A stretch of DNA of 55,825 nt, the filler included, from Streblomastix strix (taxonomy: Eukaryota), in assembly GCA_008636045.1 (NCBI GenBank). It is 3 parts of 3 records of this genome, joined end to end, with 100 filler letters (N's around TTAATTAATTAA, not from the genome) between each part and the next. Parts side by side here need not be neighbours in the genome. Positions count along the whole stretch, not along the records: positions 37,297 to 55,825 come from SNRW01000600.1; 2 more parts are not named here. The stretch is one strand, 5' to 3'. Under the pieces are notes generated by a model that was given only the letters and a program-made list of their open reading frames with translations, searched no databases and was not told the DNA's origin. How positions within the stretch are numbered: position 1 is the stretch's first letter; each line of letters opens with the position of its first letter. Shown here in pieces: positions 40,575 through 55,825 of the stretch. The translations under genes were made by a program, and so were the position numbers.

Positions 40575-43500
40575 TCATTTTTATTTTTGCATTGACTTGG
40601 TGCTGCTTCCAATAGCACCTAAATTTAATGGTACGGATGTTTGCTTTGGTTATGGAGTATAGAGAGGTGCAGACATAATTTATCCAGTTGGTTTTGTGAC
40701 AGGCTTTCCATTTCCATTTGTGTTTTTTGCTGTGTTTGTAATTGCCTTGCTTTTGAATTCATCAATCTTTCTCAAAAGACTGTCATTCACTTATCTTGCA
40801 GAATTATAGCTCTATTAAAGCTATTCATATTTCTAGCGCCAATTTGGACTAGAATTCTTTTAATCTTCTGTTTCAAAGCCTTTATTTTCTCCTTCAGATT
40901 ATTTATCTTCAGATGGACTCAGATTTATCGATTCAAGCCACTAACGAATGTCTTATAGACGTTCATTTGCTTCGTCTCGCATTCGACGTTCATCTGTGAG
41001 ATTGTGACGCAAGTTTGTGATATGCTTTGAAAAAAGTTCTTCTCCACGTTAACGTTCATCTTCCATATTTTATTCCTTAGCCTCTGCAAGATGAAGCTCA
41101 TTTTATTTCCTTTATAGATCAATGTATAGTTTATCAACATCAACTGTACTATAACGTTTCATACGCTCTAACTGTTCACTGAGAATACGCAGCATCTAAG
41201 TTTTATTTGCTTTCCATTGAATTAATAAGAGTTTATTTCTGCTTTGTTATTATAATTCCTTCTCTACTTTTTCAAGTTTTTCTACAGCATCTGATAATTT
41301 TATCTTCGCTCGTTGAGATTCCAGTTCCAACATTCGTAGTTTTACATCCCTAATTTAAACAGCTTCTGTGTGTTCTTGTCTTTCACGACCCAATTTCTTA
41401 TCTAATTCAGCTGTCTGTGCCCAAAGTTGTCTTTTTAATTCAAATTCATTAATTTTGGATTCAATTTCAATTGTTATTAACTATTTTTCCAAGTCTGCAT
41501 TTCGAAGGCGCAAATTGTACATCTCTTTCATTAAATCACGATTACCAAATACATTCTATACAAATTCTCCATCAGATTATTATCCATTTGCATCTCCAAT
41601 TAATCCATCTTTTTATCTTCCAAATGATCCCAATCCTTTACGAATATTTGTATTCCCTGATGGTTATTCTTCATTTGTTTATTTTCCTGTTGTTGCATCA
41701 ACCTTTTTAAATGCATCATTAGTTAATTCGTGTAAGTTAAGAATAATACTACTTTGCATTTCTCCTTTATATTTGCGGAAGTTTCCTTCAGCTAGAATTA
41801 ATTCTTATTTCAGACGAGATACAAGTTCATCATATTCCAATTTAACATCAACTCTTACGGATTAATTTTATGCATCTAATTCCTTCACAAGTTTTTCAAC
41901 AACACTCTGAAGTCTTTCTATTTCAAAAACAAGATTGAATTAACGTTCAGCAACTTCACTCTAAACTCTTCTCCATACCATTTATTTCTATACCCTTTGT
42001 TCTCTCTCTAATACAGATGCACGTCTATGTTCATCTACAAGTTCAGTAGCCAAAGCTTCACCAATAAGTTATGTAGTCAACATTCCTTATCTCCTTCTCT
42101 CCTCGCCCCAACTTTATAATCTTTGCATCATCTCATCAACACACATTGCAAAGAATTACTTTGAATAAAGAAGAGCTGATTCTTCACTCTCTGTTGTAAC
42201 TGATACACCTCTTCTTGCTAGTACTCTCACAGCTTCATCTAAGATTCTATTCTTTTGATGCCATCCAATCTCATCTTCAGCATAAGGTAATGCTAATCTC
42301 ATACCAGATTGGAATTTTAGATCAAACTTTTAAATCCAATTTATATTATCAAAATCAGAAGGGGCAACATTATAATTATCATTTAAGAAGCTTATTCCTA
42401 TTTCTGGAAACATTCTATGCAAATAATGACCAATTGCAGCATTTGCTGTTCCAATTCCCTTTGAAAGAAATGAATTAGATGATTAATCAGTAACACCTTT
42501 ATAAGAATATGGTTATATTTATAAGTTATTTATATTTTTGAATTTGGATTGTGCTGTTTATATAATCTAAATTCCAGGATAAGGTGGAGAGTAATTTTTG
42601 TCTGTTGAAGATGAGCTTCTATGATCTCTAAGTTCAGAGGGGGAATCTATGAATGAAAATAATACTTATAAATTAAAAGAAACGAGTGCAATAGCATCAA
42701 TAATCAGTATTTTATCAAGCTCATGTTTAATAGCATGCATCTGCATTATACGCCATTCACGTTCAGTAACATTTTCTGGCCTTAAGTCCACTGATGATGA
42801 AAGACGTAATTCTTTCCCAGAAAGAAGCTTCAATCCATTTGTTTAACTTGATGTTTATGCTTTTGCACCTAAAGTTATTTTATTTAAGGACTATCTAGAT
42901 GTATCTCCAGTTTTCTTAGATTCAATTTATGAAACATTTGATGAATCTGAAGTTAAAAGGCCTCCAGATTAAGATGCTTTCTACAAGGCATTTGCTTTCT
43001 GAGCTTCATCACTAAAATATTTCAAAGCCAATGGAGCAAGAATAGTCTCTGTATATATCTTAATTGCACGAGCATATTCCTCATTGGTTCTTATTGTTCT
43101 TAATCCCATTACACGGCATAGAAATGTACGTTTCAATTATTGAAGTGCTTATATGTCAATAAGACATTAAAGAAGAATATGAAGTGATTCAAGTGGAGTG
43201 TGTGGCTCATGTTTCTTGGCTGCAGCTTCATCTAAACATCCCCCCATTGTAATATCCAACATCAACAGATCTTAAAGTATAATATTTCTATCTCCCTCTC
43301 CAAGTTATTAGAATGTACCATTCAAACCATGCAATCTAGATCTTTCATGTAATCCACTTCTCATAAAACCAGGAATAATCGAACTTTAAAGAGTTGGTGT
43401 AGGAATCAATACTCCACCATTTGGAAGTTATGAATCTTATGAAGTAAGTGGTATTGGAGAAATAATTAGTGTAGAAGGAAGAATAGTTGATGAATATTAT

Positions 43501-46500
43501 GTTACTTTCTAAGGTTATGAATAATTTGAGTTGCTTTAATCTGCATCATCATCATCATCATCGTCATTCATTGGTTAATTCCTATTTCCTGTTCCTTTCA
43601 ACTTTTATAATGAATCAACCCATGCATCTGATTATAAAGGATGAAATGGGAGTTCATTTGATTTAACAATGCATCTTTCTTGTCCAATATGATATGTTGG
43701 AATTGAGGGTAAAATTTATTCTGCTTCTTCTTCACTCAATTATCCTCCTGTCCTCGCAAATCTTTTTTTAAACATTAATTATTATCTCCCTTATGTTGAT
43801 GGACTTCCTTCGACTCCTTGTTATTTGTTATTAATATCTTAATTCTGTTTTCCTGGATTGTAATTCCTTTATCCAGTATTATTTTGAGTTGAAGTGGATG
43901 ATTATGCATTTTTAGCCAAAGTCTTCTCAATTCGATGTCTTATTTTGTCAATTATCTGCTAATCAGCTGTTAATTTCACTGGTGTTGCAACAAGGACATC
44001 AGGGACACCAAGAGCATATCTTTTTGGAAGAAGTGATGTTGAAGTGAAAGATGGCAATAATGTGAGTGTTGATGGTGTTATATATTGAGGAAGTTACCCA
44101 ATATGAGATCTGGCATATATAGGTTATGATAGAGATGAATATGAATACAGACCATTTGGAGCATTAATAATTGTCACAAGTCCTGGAGTATGAAATGAGA
44201 AGGGTCCTCCCATATATCGTCCAAATGGTCCAATCCACATTTCTTCCTCATTGGATTTATCAAATCCATCTTCAGTTGACTTAACAATATCTTCTTCTTC
44301 TTCTGTAGATTATTTATCCTATAGTAACTAATTATTATCTTTATTTTTATCTTAATTCTTAAGTTTTTCTTTATTTTTCTAATTATTTTCATCTGTTTGA
44401 GGTGTTTTCTTCTTCTTTTATTCAGTGAATGTTATTCTAACTCCACCATGCTCCAATTCCCCAAAGCCAAGATCTTCAGCATAACGAATAGCAGATAAAA
44501 TAGGAAATGAATTTGTACCTGTGGCAATACATACATTTACATCTTTATTGAAGTATACCCCTGATCCTCCTTCTCCAAGTAACTCAGCTATTTAAGGATT
44601 CCACCCATAAATACTGAGACCGCATCTTCCAATTCCATTAAGACCTAATAAACTATTTCCAATTGAAACTGGACCATATCCACCAGGCCAAGATGTTGAT
44701 GCTTCTGCAATATTGGCTGATGAATTATCCCCTGACATTCCTATCCCAGATTCAAAACATGGAGTCCCCCACGGCTGTTAATTCAACATTTGAGATGCAA
44801 ACTCAATTGACAGAGATGGTATTGATGTTGGAGTTGGTAAATGGCGTCTTAATGCAAGAAGTGTGAATAATGTTGATCTCTTCTCATTCAATCCACTGTT
44901 ATTTCCAGAAACTTATCCAGAAATAAGAGATTCTTAGCCTGATCTCATCCCATGTTGAGTTAAAGAGAATGAAACATTTGGATTTGATACATTTCCTGAT
45001 CGAAGAAGAGCAACTATTTATTCTCTTTAAGAAACAATAAGATCACTTAATGCACTTCTCAATAATTACATTTCTGCAAGTTCTTCTAATTCAGCAACAG
45101 TTGGTTTATGTACTTACACTTAATACCAAGATTTTGTTTTACTCTTTTATTTCTTCCCATCTGGTCCTTTTCTAATTCTTTCCTCCTCATTAAGAGTAGA
45201 AATATCAACTCCCAAAAGAAGAGCTTTCTCATAACTACTCTTCTTTGAATTGGCTCTACGAAGGTTTCTAATTCTAACAAGTGCATCTTAATATGGAGAA
45301 GGAGGCAATGGAGGAGCAAATTTAACTATAATATCCTATGGTTAGAACATTTCATTCTTTCTTCCTTAATTCTTATTCATTGTTGTTGCTTTTCCACCAT
45401 CCAATCCCCATACTTTTAATGTATATCTTTCATATACTTTAGATAACATTGCTTATGGTGAATATGATGAAGAATATCCTCTTGTTGAAACTTAGCTATT
45501 CTCATTACCAGTAACATTCTTATCACTATTCTTCTTATCTTCAGAACCAAATATTCCACCTATTCCAGAAGTAACAATACTAAATATATCTGGATTCTTC
45601 CTAATTAATTCTCGTCCAAATTAACTATAAGTCATAAATGGAGGAGTTGATTAAAATGAACCTTCGGGAAGAACGCTTGTAACACCTGATAAAAAATGTT
45701 CTGTTAATTCATTGCGTGAGAAATTAGATGCCTGGGGGCTAGTAAATACTGAAGGAGGTGCAAAGATGCGAGAAAAACGTAATTTTGCTCTTCGAATGAG
45801 TCCAGCAGTTGATTCATTCTATCTGGAAAGAAATGATTCTTCAGCTTATTCACAAAGTGATCTCATTAATAAATCGTATTTGGATCTGACATCAGCAAGA
45901 AATGCATAAGTTAGATAAGGATCTCCAACAAATGGAAGAAGTTCCATTTATAATTTAATAGCATCCATTTCTGTTGGTAATGGTGGAGGTTATACTGTGT
46001 CTTCATCTTAAGATTATTTTTATTTTATTAAATCTTCCTCCAATTAACGTTATTTTTCGTTTTTATCCTTAAGTAACTTATTTGGGTCAATGTGTGAACT
46101 ACCAAAATAACCTGAAATGCATTATAATTATCTTCTCCTTATCATTATTTATTCCCTTTAAATTTCACTGTGTCTCCCATTAAGACATAAATCAATCATC
46201 CATTAACGCCTTTACTTCTTAATTTTCTTTTCATCTTAAATAGCATTTCTTGTATTTGTTATTATATATATTGTATTAGAATAATCAAATAGCTCTTTAA
46301 GGACAGAAAACATACCAACAGCTATTCTCATGTTTTAAATAGCAATAGCATTCTCAGGAATTGTGAATATTTCACGAATATGAGGAATATAAAAGACATC
46401 TGTTAGATTACCATTTGTAACTAAACTCTCAAATGGGGTTGAAACTGAAGCTTTTTCTGATTCAAGTGAATTGAGTTTATCCAAATCAACCTTTCCAAGA

Positions 46501-49500
46501 TGAAAAGGTGAAATTGAATTAGCTTCAAATATTTCATTTCTAAGTTATTATATAACACGACTTAATTATACTCTAAGAGAAAATAGAGTTAAATCTTTAA
46601 TTAAATCACTACAAAACCCTTAAATAAGATCTTTCTTTAAAGCTTGGAGTTTCCTAGTTATAAATCCTCTCTTTTCTCTTTTAAGAATATTAACACTTCT
46701 TTCTTCATAGCCTTTCATTCTCAATTCTCTTACTGAAATCTTTCTTGAGTTTATTGGAACAAAAAATGTAGAAATGTCTCTAAGTGCAATTCTCTTCCAT
46801 CTTCTCAACTTCTTTTCTCTAATCTATTCTTAAGATTCCCATATTTCATTATTGCTTAAATTACTTAAACTGTTTAAATTCTCTGATCCTCTTCTTATAT
46901 TTTATCCTTTAAGTGCGTTTGATTTGTATTATTCTCGTTAATTTCTTCTTGCTTTTATTCTTGCTTAAACTTTTGATAATTAAGATTAAGATTCTTAATA
47001 CTGTTAATATGTTTAATTATCATTTTGTAATCTAGTACTTTATTATGAAGGTGTATCTTATATTTGAGAAGGAGGAGCAAGAGTTCCATTTGGACTGCGA
47101 ATTCCTAACATTATCTCTTTCTCTCTAAGCATAATGATGAATTGGTCTAAAGGTATCTAATTATACTACACAGATATTTATAATAAGCATTTCTATAGAA
47201 CTTACAACTATAGAGCACATCTTAGATCATCAAGACCTTATTCTCCAAATACTTTCCAAGGTCCAGTCAAACTCCCAAAATCAAATTCAGCCATTCGAGG
47301 TTCAAATTCAGTAACTGCAAAATTGACATGAACACGCCAATTACATCCTTAAACTATATTTGCAATATCTTCATCCAGTTATCTTTATTGTTAATTTTAT
47401 AAATATTGTATATCTGACTTTTGAATTCCTTATATTTGTCCACTTTAATTGTATCCCTTTGTTTATTGGTTTTAGGAAGAAAATAAATTTTAATCATTCT
47501 CAAATGACATCAAAGGCTAAATTGAATTTTATTCTCCCTATTTTGGAGATCCAGGAGAAGTTGCTCGATTTTCAATAACATCAATTCCATCATCTTAATT
47601 AATATCAATCTTTATTCCAAATATTCCTACTTTATTTGTTTTTTTATTATTAGCTAAATCTTTTTCCATATTTTTTTAATTTAAAACAGAAACTCGACCA
47701 GAATCATCAAAACTAAGTGGATCTAATTCAAATTTACGGATGTTATACCCCATTGAATGAGCTTGGTGAGTATAAAGGCCAAATAATTACTCGGTCATTG
47801 AATGCGCCATTAATAGTTCTTTTCTTAAACGAACTGCTTCTAAGGCTTATGTGTATGCAATAATAGATGCAAGTGCACTATCTGTCATGCATACTGATCC
47901 AAACATCATGAATAAACGTTGCTTCATTAATTCAAGTAATTGTTAGACGATCTTATTTCTATTATTTTCATCAAATTCGTCTTCAAATGACGTTTAATCA
48001 TCTTATATTGTGTCTTTTTAATTTTTTTGAGATGTTAAATCTGATCCAGATTTATTTAAATTGATTTATTATTGATTTTATTGGATTGAAGACTATTCTC
48101 CAATTTTATTGTCATTACTTTTAATAATTTTATCTAAATTATTGTTTGAATCAAGTTTATTAGTATTATTTAATCCTAATGATGTAGCTAATCTTAATTT
48201 ATTAATATCTTCATTTTATGCTTTATCCAACGACTCAAGAAAAGAATCAATTGATGTACATATTCCAATTGGATTTCCAAATATGTTATCTTATTATGCA
48301 AGTCTAACATTTTTTGGTATAAATGTAATGGATTGTTTTAAGTTTGAACCAGCATTACTTATATCTCCGGCTTTATTATTCCCACTATTTGAATTAATAC
48401 CATCTTAATTAACTTTTTTCCCTTCATTTGCAATCATTCCAACACTTTTTATATCATTAATACCTTAAGACACAGTAAAAATATTATTTTCATTTTCTTC
48501 CATATCAATCCAAGTTGAATAAATTTGTTATATAATTGAACATTGGAGTGTTATCTACCCAAGAACTGTTGATGGTCTGTGTAAATCATTCATATCTTAA
48601 TAAATTGAATTAATAATTGGATTTAGATATCTAATAAGAGCAATTGATGATGGAAACTCAAATGGGAATAATATATGACCATTTGGAATAAGCTATATTT
48701 GTTACAAAGATGGCACTTCTATTAGAGGAAGAGGTAAACCTATTGTATTCTGAGCTGTTAAACTAGTAAATGATGATGTAATCTCACGTTTAAATAGTCT
48801 CTCGTCAATAATAATTCTATTAAGTATAGTATATAATAAAAAGTATTCAAGTTCTAATGCAACAATCTCTGCAGCATATGAATCTGTGAATGTATCTGCC
48901 TCAAGATCAATATGAGGCCTTTTACCCATTAAATCAATAATCTGTCTTGCAATCATTTATCTTTCTTATGGATCATCTGTACATTCATATGCTTCTAAAT
49001 AAAGATCTGCTACTCTACGTTTTGCTCTTTAATATGATACTTCACATTCCAATATATCTGCTAATATAGTCTACCTATCAAAGTTTTAAGGACTATCTTC
49101 ATCATGCTATTTATCAACTTTAAGAAGTTCAGCGCTCGCAACTCCTTTGCGAATATCTTCTCTTCTTCTGGACATTACAACATCACCTCTTGCAGAAATC
49201 ATTTCAATAAGAAAATATGAAGCTATTCTCAGAAGCTCACTTTCAAGGTGCTACATTAATGAAAGAGCATTCTCATATATTATCTTTACTCCATGACTGT
49301 CCCATATTTCAATTCTTTCATATGTCATACGCCATGCATTACATCTAGCTTTATTAATCCCATTATCTTCCCATTCATATTTACTATCATTCTTTTATCC
49401 AGAATAAGGAGGTAAAGGTCCAATTTATACACGATCATCTCTTTCATTTAATCCTTTTAATCCTTTCATTTATAGTGCTGTTAACTCTGGACATGCTTCA

Positions 49501-52107
49501 AATGTAGCTGGAAGAGGATGTTCAGTTGTGTTTGGTGTTATTTTATTGAATCCAAAATGTGTTGGTTCTCTGGATGTAAATAAGGAGAATGCTGATGAAC
49601 ATGGAAGTGTCTTTGTATTCTCTTTATTGAGTACAACAGGTGTTTATAATGCTGGAGTTCTTTCTGCTCCAACATGTAGTACTTATTTAAGCATGTCTCC
49701 AATATTCTTATCCATTGAATTAAGAAGACCATCAGTAGGATCAACTTCTTCTTCTGCTAATCTCTGAATACCATTTTGATTATTTTAATTAGTCTATCCT
49801 GTCATATCATCTGAAGAAGCTTATTATTACATTCCATCTAAATCTCCAATTCCACCATTCACTTTTGTATTATTACCTGATGCATTCATTCTTTCATCCT
49901 CTGGAGTATGTTCAGATTCCCAAGGGAATCCAAGTGAGTCAAGAGTTATCTTTCTTTATATCATACATTAATAATTAAGATGCTCAATGATTCTTTACCA
50001 TAATTCAACAGATCTGACATGTTGCAATAAATAAAGAGCAGTTAGCTTCCTTTTTGTTAGACCGTTCTTCTTCTTCTTTTTATCCTATTCCAGAATTTAT
50101 CTCTTTGAAATAGAATCTGCTTCTCTATTGATATTTATTTTTTCATCTTATATATCTCCTGCTGTTGCGCGTTGAATATGACTTTGAGCAAGATCCCTGG
50201 CATCTTCAAGAAGAATATCTAAATCAATTATTTTTAATTTATCCAATTCTTCTCTTAATAATGGATCAACTGTGACATTTGAAAATTTTGCTTCTTGTTA
50301 GTCTTACCATGATGTCGTATTAGGAATTGGTGCAAATTAAACCCAAGGAGAAGCTTTAATAAATGTGTAATCAAGTCCATAATCTAAAACATGATCATCT
50401 TCCTAATTAAGTCCTCCAGCTCCGTTCATATTCCCTTTATTATTACCATTATTATCCTCATCTTCAATATCTTCTTTTTCATTTACATCCTTTGATAAAA
50501 GAAGATCACGTTATCGACGTTTCTCTTCTAAGAGTCCACGATCTTCATGTGGAAGTGCAGCTGATAGTGGTTAGAAGAGCGAACATTAAGAATAAAGTGG
50601 CCTTTCAGATCTGACAACATGATCTTTCATGAATATTGTAAAGAATGATGCTGCTGTATATGCAAAATCATCAGCAGATTATATTTCATTCAAACTTCCA
50701 ATCAATTCAAAATACTTTCCTAATTGCAGAAGACGAGCATCTAATGCATCTTCATTACTCACTAATAATGGCATTGAGGAAAAAGAACCATCAGAAAACA
50801 TTGCTATACTTCTTAATGATTCAGATTAAGTTGATATTTAAAAATCTTATTTTATATTCTGATTTAATTTCAAAGTATTTGAATTGGTATTTTATTCTTA
50901 AGCTTATAAATCATTTCCAGTTTAGTTACCAAAATTTTAAAATGTTTAAGAATTTGGAAGATTTTATCGTAATTAGTCTACTAATCTCTTTTTAATAGCA
51001 CTGAATGCCATATCTACAGAATGTTATTATTTAAATTATCTCAATAAACTCAAACTTGCTTCATATATTGAATATCGATGAGAATATGGAAGCCACTATA
51101 AAGAAGCCATGAAATTGTTCATTTTTTGGCTTGAAGAAGAAGCAAATACTGTTTCTCTTATGCATATTCTAAGATCATCTGGTGTTATAAAAGCAAGAAG
51201 TGATTCACCAAGATTTGCTCTATTTATATGAAGCCTTATATCTCCAGATGTATCTGCTCCTGATTATAACTATTCAGCTCCAATTCCAGTTCCTAATACT
51301 TTACTTGTAAGTTATTTCATTGAAATCGACCCTCCACCAGGAATTTAAAATGTTTTAAATCCACTACTCTTTGAAATATTCTTATCATCATCATCTAATT
51401 TACCAGAATTTCCAATATTTGTATTTGTTTTCGATGACAAATCAGAAAGTGGACGATAATATTTTGTTGACATTGCACTTTCTAGACGTTATAATCTCAT
51501 TAATGTATCTTCATATTCTGTGTCAAATCTTTCAATATGAGTAAAGAATAATGGAAATGAAAGTTGATGAGTTGGGTCTGATGAACAGAAGCGTGACCAT
51601 CTTGCAAGATAATTGCATTTCCTTTATATAATTTAGAATTTTCTTGACTAGAAATACTGTAAGAGAATATCATAGATCGATTTAAGGGAAATTTAAGGTT
51701 TTATGGTTGATTCAACCTATAAAATAAAATAATGATGAAATAAATTATGTAAAAAAAATGTTTTGTTTTCATACCTCTTAACTAAATAAATCAGATTCAA
51801 TCAATGGAGGCTCGGGAAATTTAACCTATGCCAAAGCACGGAGACAAAATTCACGGTCACCACGAAATCGTTTCACATCAGGTAGAACAACAGGACATGG
51901 GAGTTTCACCTGCTTGTCCTATCTCATTATCCGATGTGTTCTTTCTTTAATCAAGAACTAGCAGCTTCGCACAAGATTTTCTAGTGCAAACTCTAGTTAT
52001 CTCTATTCTGGAGTAAAAGCACGGTTTTTCCAATCTCCAAATGCATATGAGTGTGGGAATTTCTCATTTAAAATTCGAGCTTGTTCAGTTTCAGCGTCTA
52101 AGTACAT
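40575..52107 (-). CDS. Giant (~3800 aa) coiled-coil protein, CCDC162/DUF4549-like N-terminus
   Basis: ATG 52107, one clear intron near 51717-51773, then an apparently continuous TAR=Gln frame (not checked codon by codon) to TGA 40575. YLARWSRFC...EYEDTLMRLQRL resembles DUF4549 from memory. Confidence 0.7.
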
Positions 52108-53190
52108 TATTATATTCTGTATGTAAGATAAATATAATTTAATTGATATTGAAAAATAAGCTAAAATATTCAGTTTGGAAAAACAATTCAAAAATATTTA
52201 TTAATAAATTAAAAATTGTTATTAATCTGTAAAACAAAGATTGGTAATGATATTTAAAGTTAAAATAAGGTAAATAAAAAATCAACTAGTTTAAATATAA
52301 TAAATTATTTGAATTTAGTAGTAAAATTGGCACAGAAAATTTAATATGATTGCAATGAATGATATCGTAGAAGAAGATGCATCTTAAATTAGTAGCTCAG
52401 TAATTGATAGTTGAAAATACTCAATAGAATGAAATTCAACACCTTTCAATTATAAATATCAATCTTATATTTAAATTATTATTAAATTTCATCTCACAAT
52501 TAGCGAAACTAAAATAAATTCTTTACTTTATTTATTTATTATTTGATATTAATAAAATAATAACCAACTTCATATTTTATGTTGTGGATAACTATTTTCA
52601 AGAAACGGTTTTTTACTTATCCTTATTGTTGATTATAGCTTTGCGTGTTATTACATTAATCATAAACATTTATCGCTATTTATTTATAAAAAAATTAACT
52701 AATTCTTCTATTCAATATAGACATTTACTATTTTCAATATTTTATATCGAATTTTCACGATTATAAGTGATTGATTCAATTTACAAGTTTATATGATGAT
52801 TTATGTAGATTGATATAAAAAATTAAACATAATTTATATAATATAAAACGTTATATTTTTCAATTCGTAAAAATATTGATAAATACATTTTCTATTTAGC
52901 ATTTGTACAATAATTCTGTGCAAAACACTTCATATCATAATTTGAACACGAAATCCCACAAATTATTAATAATATTAACATATTAATTTCATAAGGATAT
53001 TATATTCCTCCTAATCACTATTATTGATTAGACATTATACATCAAAAATGTTATTTTTCACCAATATTTCAATTTATAATCTCAAATAATTTCTAAAATA
53101 TGTAACATTTAGTACTTTACCTATAAATAAATTATATTTAAACTAAATTTGTTTCGAATTTTAATTTATTTTGTTTGTTTTTACTATAAA

Positions 53191-53656
53191 ATGCTAATTG
53201 TACATTCCATTAGTCCATATTCAACATTTGCAACAAAAAATCACAATGCTTACTCCAAACTCTGCGAATACAATTCAGAAGACGTTAATCAGAGATGAAA
53301 GACTACTGGCAACAAAACACAGACGCAAATACAATGATCTTTATGTATGAGATGTGTTTAGATCAACTCACAATGTCTATTAAACTCACAATTTATAATT
53401 TTTTATTAAATTATATTTTTCTCATGAGGCCACAAATGAGCTTCCAAAGACTCGTGATTATGGTTCAAGGATCGATTCAACAGCACTGAACAGAAATCGA
53501 GCTTCATCTTCTCAATTCATAGATGTTCGAGTGTATGGTATATAAGGAAAGAACATTGACTATGAGACATCCAATAAGGAATATGGTCTGATTCAAATAC
53601 CTCCTCTGACAAAAGAATAGAAGCCATTTCATCGGATACATATTCCATTTACCTGA
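53191..53656 (+). pseudogene. Possible degraded gene fragment
   Basis: Coding-like composition. FIDVRVYGIQGKNIDYETSNKEYGLIQIPPL...FT* is preceded by TGA-broken frames. Confidence 0.3.
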
Positions 53657-53865
53657 TTTCGTGTTAATATTAATCCTGTAAATACAATTTTAGTTCAATA
53701 GTTTTCTATAACTTAAATTTTGATTTTGATTGAATATTCTTATACTTTGTTATATGATTAATAAATAAAAACATTAATATTAAAATAATATTTACACTTT
53801 AAAAATCATTAGGGATGAAAAAGAATAGAATAATTCAAAATATATACACAACTAATTTATTATAT

Positions 53866-55825
53866 TCACGTCTAAGACATCCTGTTCCTGATTTCTTCTC
53901 TCATTGTTTCGACGAATCTTGAACCGTTGATCACCCCAGTTGTTGCAATTATGATATTCTTATTCTATTTTCTTGCAAAGTGACGAATAGCTGATACTTC
54001 TGCATATGTTATTCCACCCACAAATACAATAAGTGTAGCATTTGTATTAGACTGGTTTAAAGTAGTAGCTATTCCTTATGCTGATGCTGATGTCAATTAT
54101 TGATCCAATGCAGCCAAAGCTTCAATTGTATCTCCAGATATTTAGACTCCATTTCTTGTTATTGTTGTATTACGAGGAGCAGTGAATGTAGAATGAGGTT
54201 GTGGTTAAGTAATTGGAGAATCTAAAACAAGAGATGCATTTGTTGTATTTTATTAATTTGAATTTGATTTCTTGAGGAAATCAATTATTTATTCAATATC
54301 CAACCCACCAAGTCCTCCTTTTCCTTTTCCTTACATCGGAGTAACTGATTATTATTGTGAAATGGTTGATGATTATGAATCTTATCTTTATTCAGATTAA
54401 GATTGAACACCCTATATATATTTAATAGAGTAACCATGCATATCACCAGTAGTCAATTGCATTCCTTCATCAATACTCGAACTAATCCATCCTCTTGGTC
54501 TGTTAAATGCATATTATATTATTCTAACTGAAAGTGGAGCATAACTATTATGAGTATATAAATATTAATATTAATATAAATAAAGATTAATATATAAATA
54601 TATAAATATAAATATATTAAATTAGGATAAATATAAATAGAAATGAGAAATAATTTAGAAATAAATCATACCATGCAAAAGTGTATGAAAAGTCATTTGG
54701 ATCATTTTCATTCTCAATTTCTTCTTCATCAACAAGTAAATGAAGTATTCTGGCTTACTTAGCAAAGTGACATTGTTTAGTTTCTGGTTATTTTAATATT
54801 CCTGCAGTTTCTGCATTAACCAAAGTATGAATGTGATGATATCCATATGTTTATAGAAATGAACTCTTTAGAGCTTCATAAGCACTCTACTTTAACCCAG
54901 CAACTGTTTATGTGTAGAGTCCAATTAGTCTTAATATTGACCAAGGAGAAGTGCCTAATCCCATTCTTTCTTCAATATAATCAGAAGCATTTGTATTACT
55001 ACCAAGGAAACTAGATACAGTATTAGTAGTACCTTTCCCATTAAGAGTATTAAGAGATGATATTGATGATCCAGATAGACCTCCAACTCCAACTGCATCT
55101 GATTAGTGAAGAAGAGCTTATTCAACTTCAAGTTATTCATGGAAGCGCCTTTCATTTACAGCTCTGTTAATCTATTCTGCTAATTGGATATGCATTGATA
55201 GATTCTGCTATCTCTAAGTGACTTCAGGTAATTACTTCACAAACTAATGTAATCCTGCAATATCTGCAGCTGCTTTTCCAGTCTTATAAATAAATAATTC
55301 ATATTTATAATAAAATATTTATTATAACATTTATTATTCTAATATATAATCATACTTCAACAGTATCAGATAATCCTTTTGCATGATCATGAAGCTTCTT
55401 TCCAACAATTCCAAACTAAAGATCTCCAATTTCAGAAAGAATTGAGTCTGACTATCGTAAAATGACTCTTTATTTTTTCACTTCAGATTTCGAGGATTCA
55501 AAATTAATACATGCTTTATTTGACAATCAATAAAATAAGAATAAAAATAAAAATATAAACTAATGAATAAATGAATGAAAATATATCATACAAGTTTGAA
55601 TTCCCATAAATTCATCAACCAAACCAAGGTAAGTAAGTTAAGTAGCGAGAGGTGTAATCATATCTACACTTCGATCCAGAAGAATAATTGAATCAAAGCA
55701 TTTTTAGTTTCTAATGGGTTTATCTTTGAGTTTATCTGAATTTGAAGGTTTTGATTATTGAACTTATGATGATGGAATCTATCTTTAATTCTTATCTTAT
55801 TATAGCTTTCCTTTCAATGAAGTTG
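53866..55825 (-). CDS. VPS33: Vps33 (Sec1/Munc18 family), 3' part, multi-exon
   Basis: [34 protein letters not shown]...YAPLSVR, LIVFVGGITYAEVSAIR, IIIATTGVINGSR. Confidence 0.9.

Overview
AT-rich eukaryotic (protist) DNA, not prokaryotic. The window is three unrelated contigs (1-18550, 18651-37196, 37297-55825; 18550, 18546 and 18529 bp, in descending length) joined by artificial N44-TTAATTAATTAA-N44 linkers. Genes have short GT-AG introns, read TAA/TAG as sense (Gln) and stop only at TGA, so the supplied standard-code ORF track is fragmented. An oxymonad such as Streblomastix fits, but the organism is inferred. Contig 1 is a 9.1-kb-arm palindrome, most likely an amplification or assembly chimera. 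Each arm carries a full-length DIRS1-type tyrosine-recombinase retrotransposon with ITRs, an internal complementary region (ICR), gag, RT-RNaseH-adenine methyltransferase, and an overlapping tyrosine recombinase (YR) ORF. This copy is inactivated by several in-frame TGAs and two frameshifts, and its predicted circle junction forms a lox/dif-like site. Contig 2 holds a catalytically dead papain-like membrane protein, an RRM + repeat + helical protein, an importin-alpha-like gene, RPS29, a calponin-homology protein, a 642-bp tandem duplication, RFC3, RPL35A and an SNF1/AMPK-family kinase. Contig 3 holds a second importin-alpha-like gene, a ~3800-aa CCDC162/DUF4549-like protein and the 3' part of VPS33. 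All translations and alignments were done by eye; no database searches were run.
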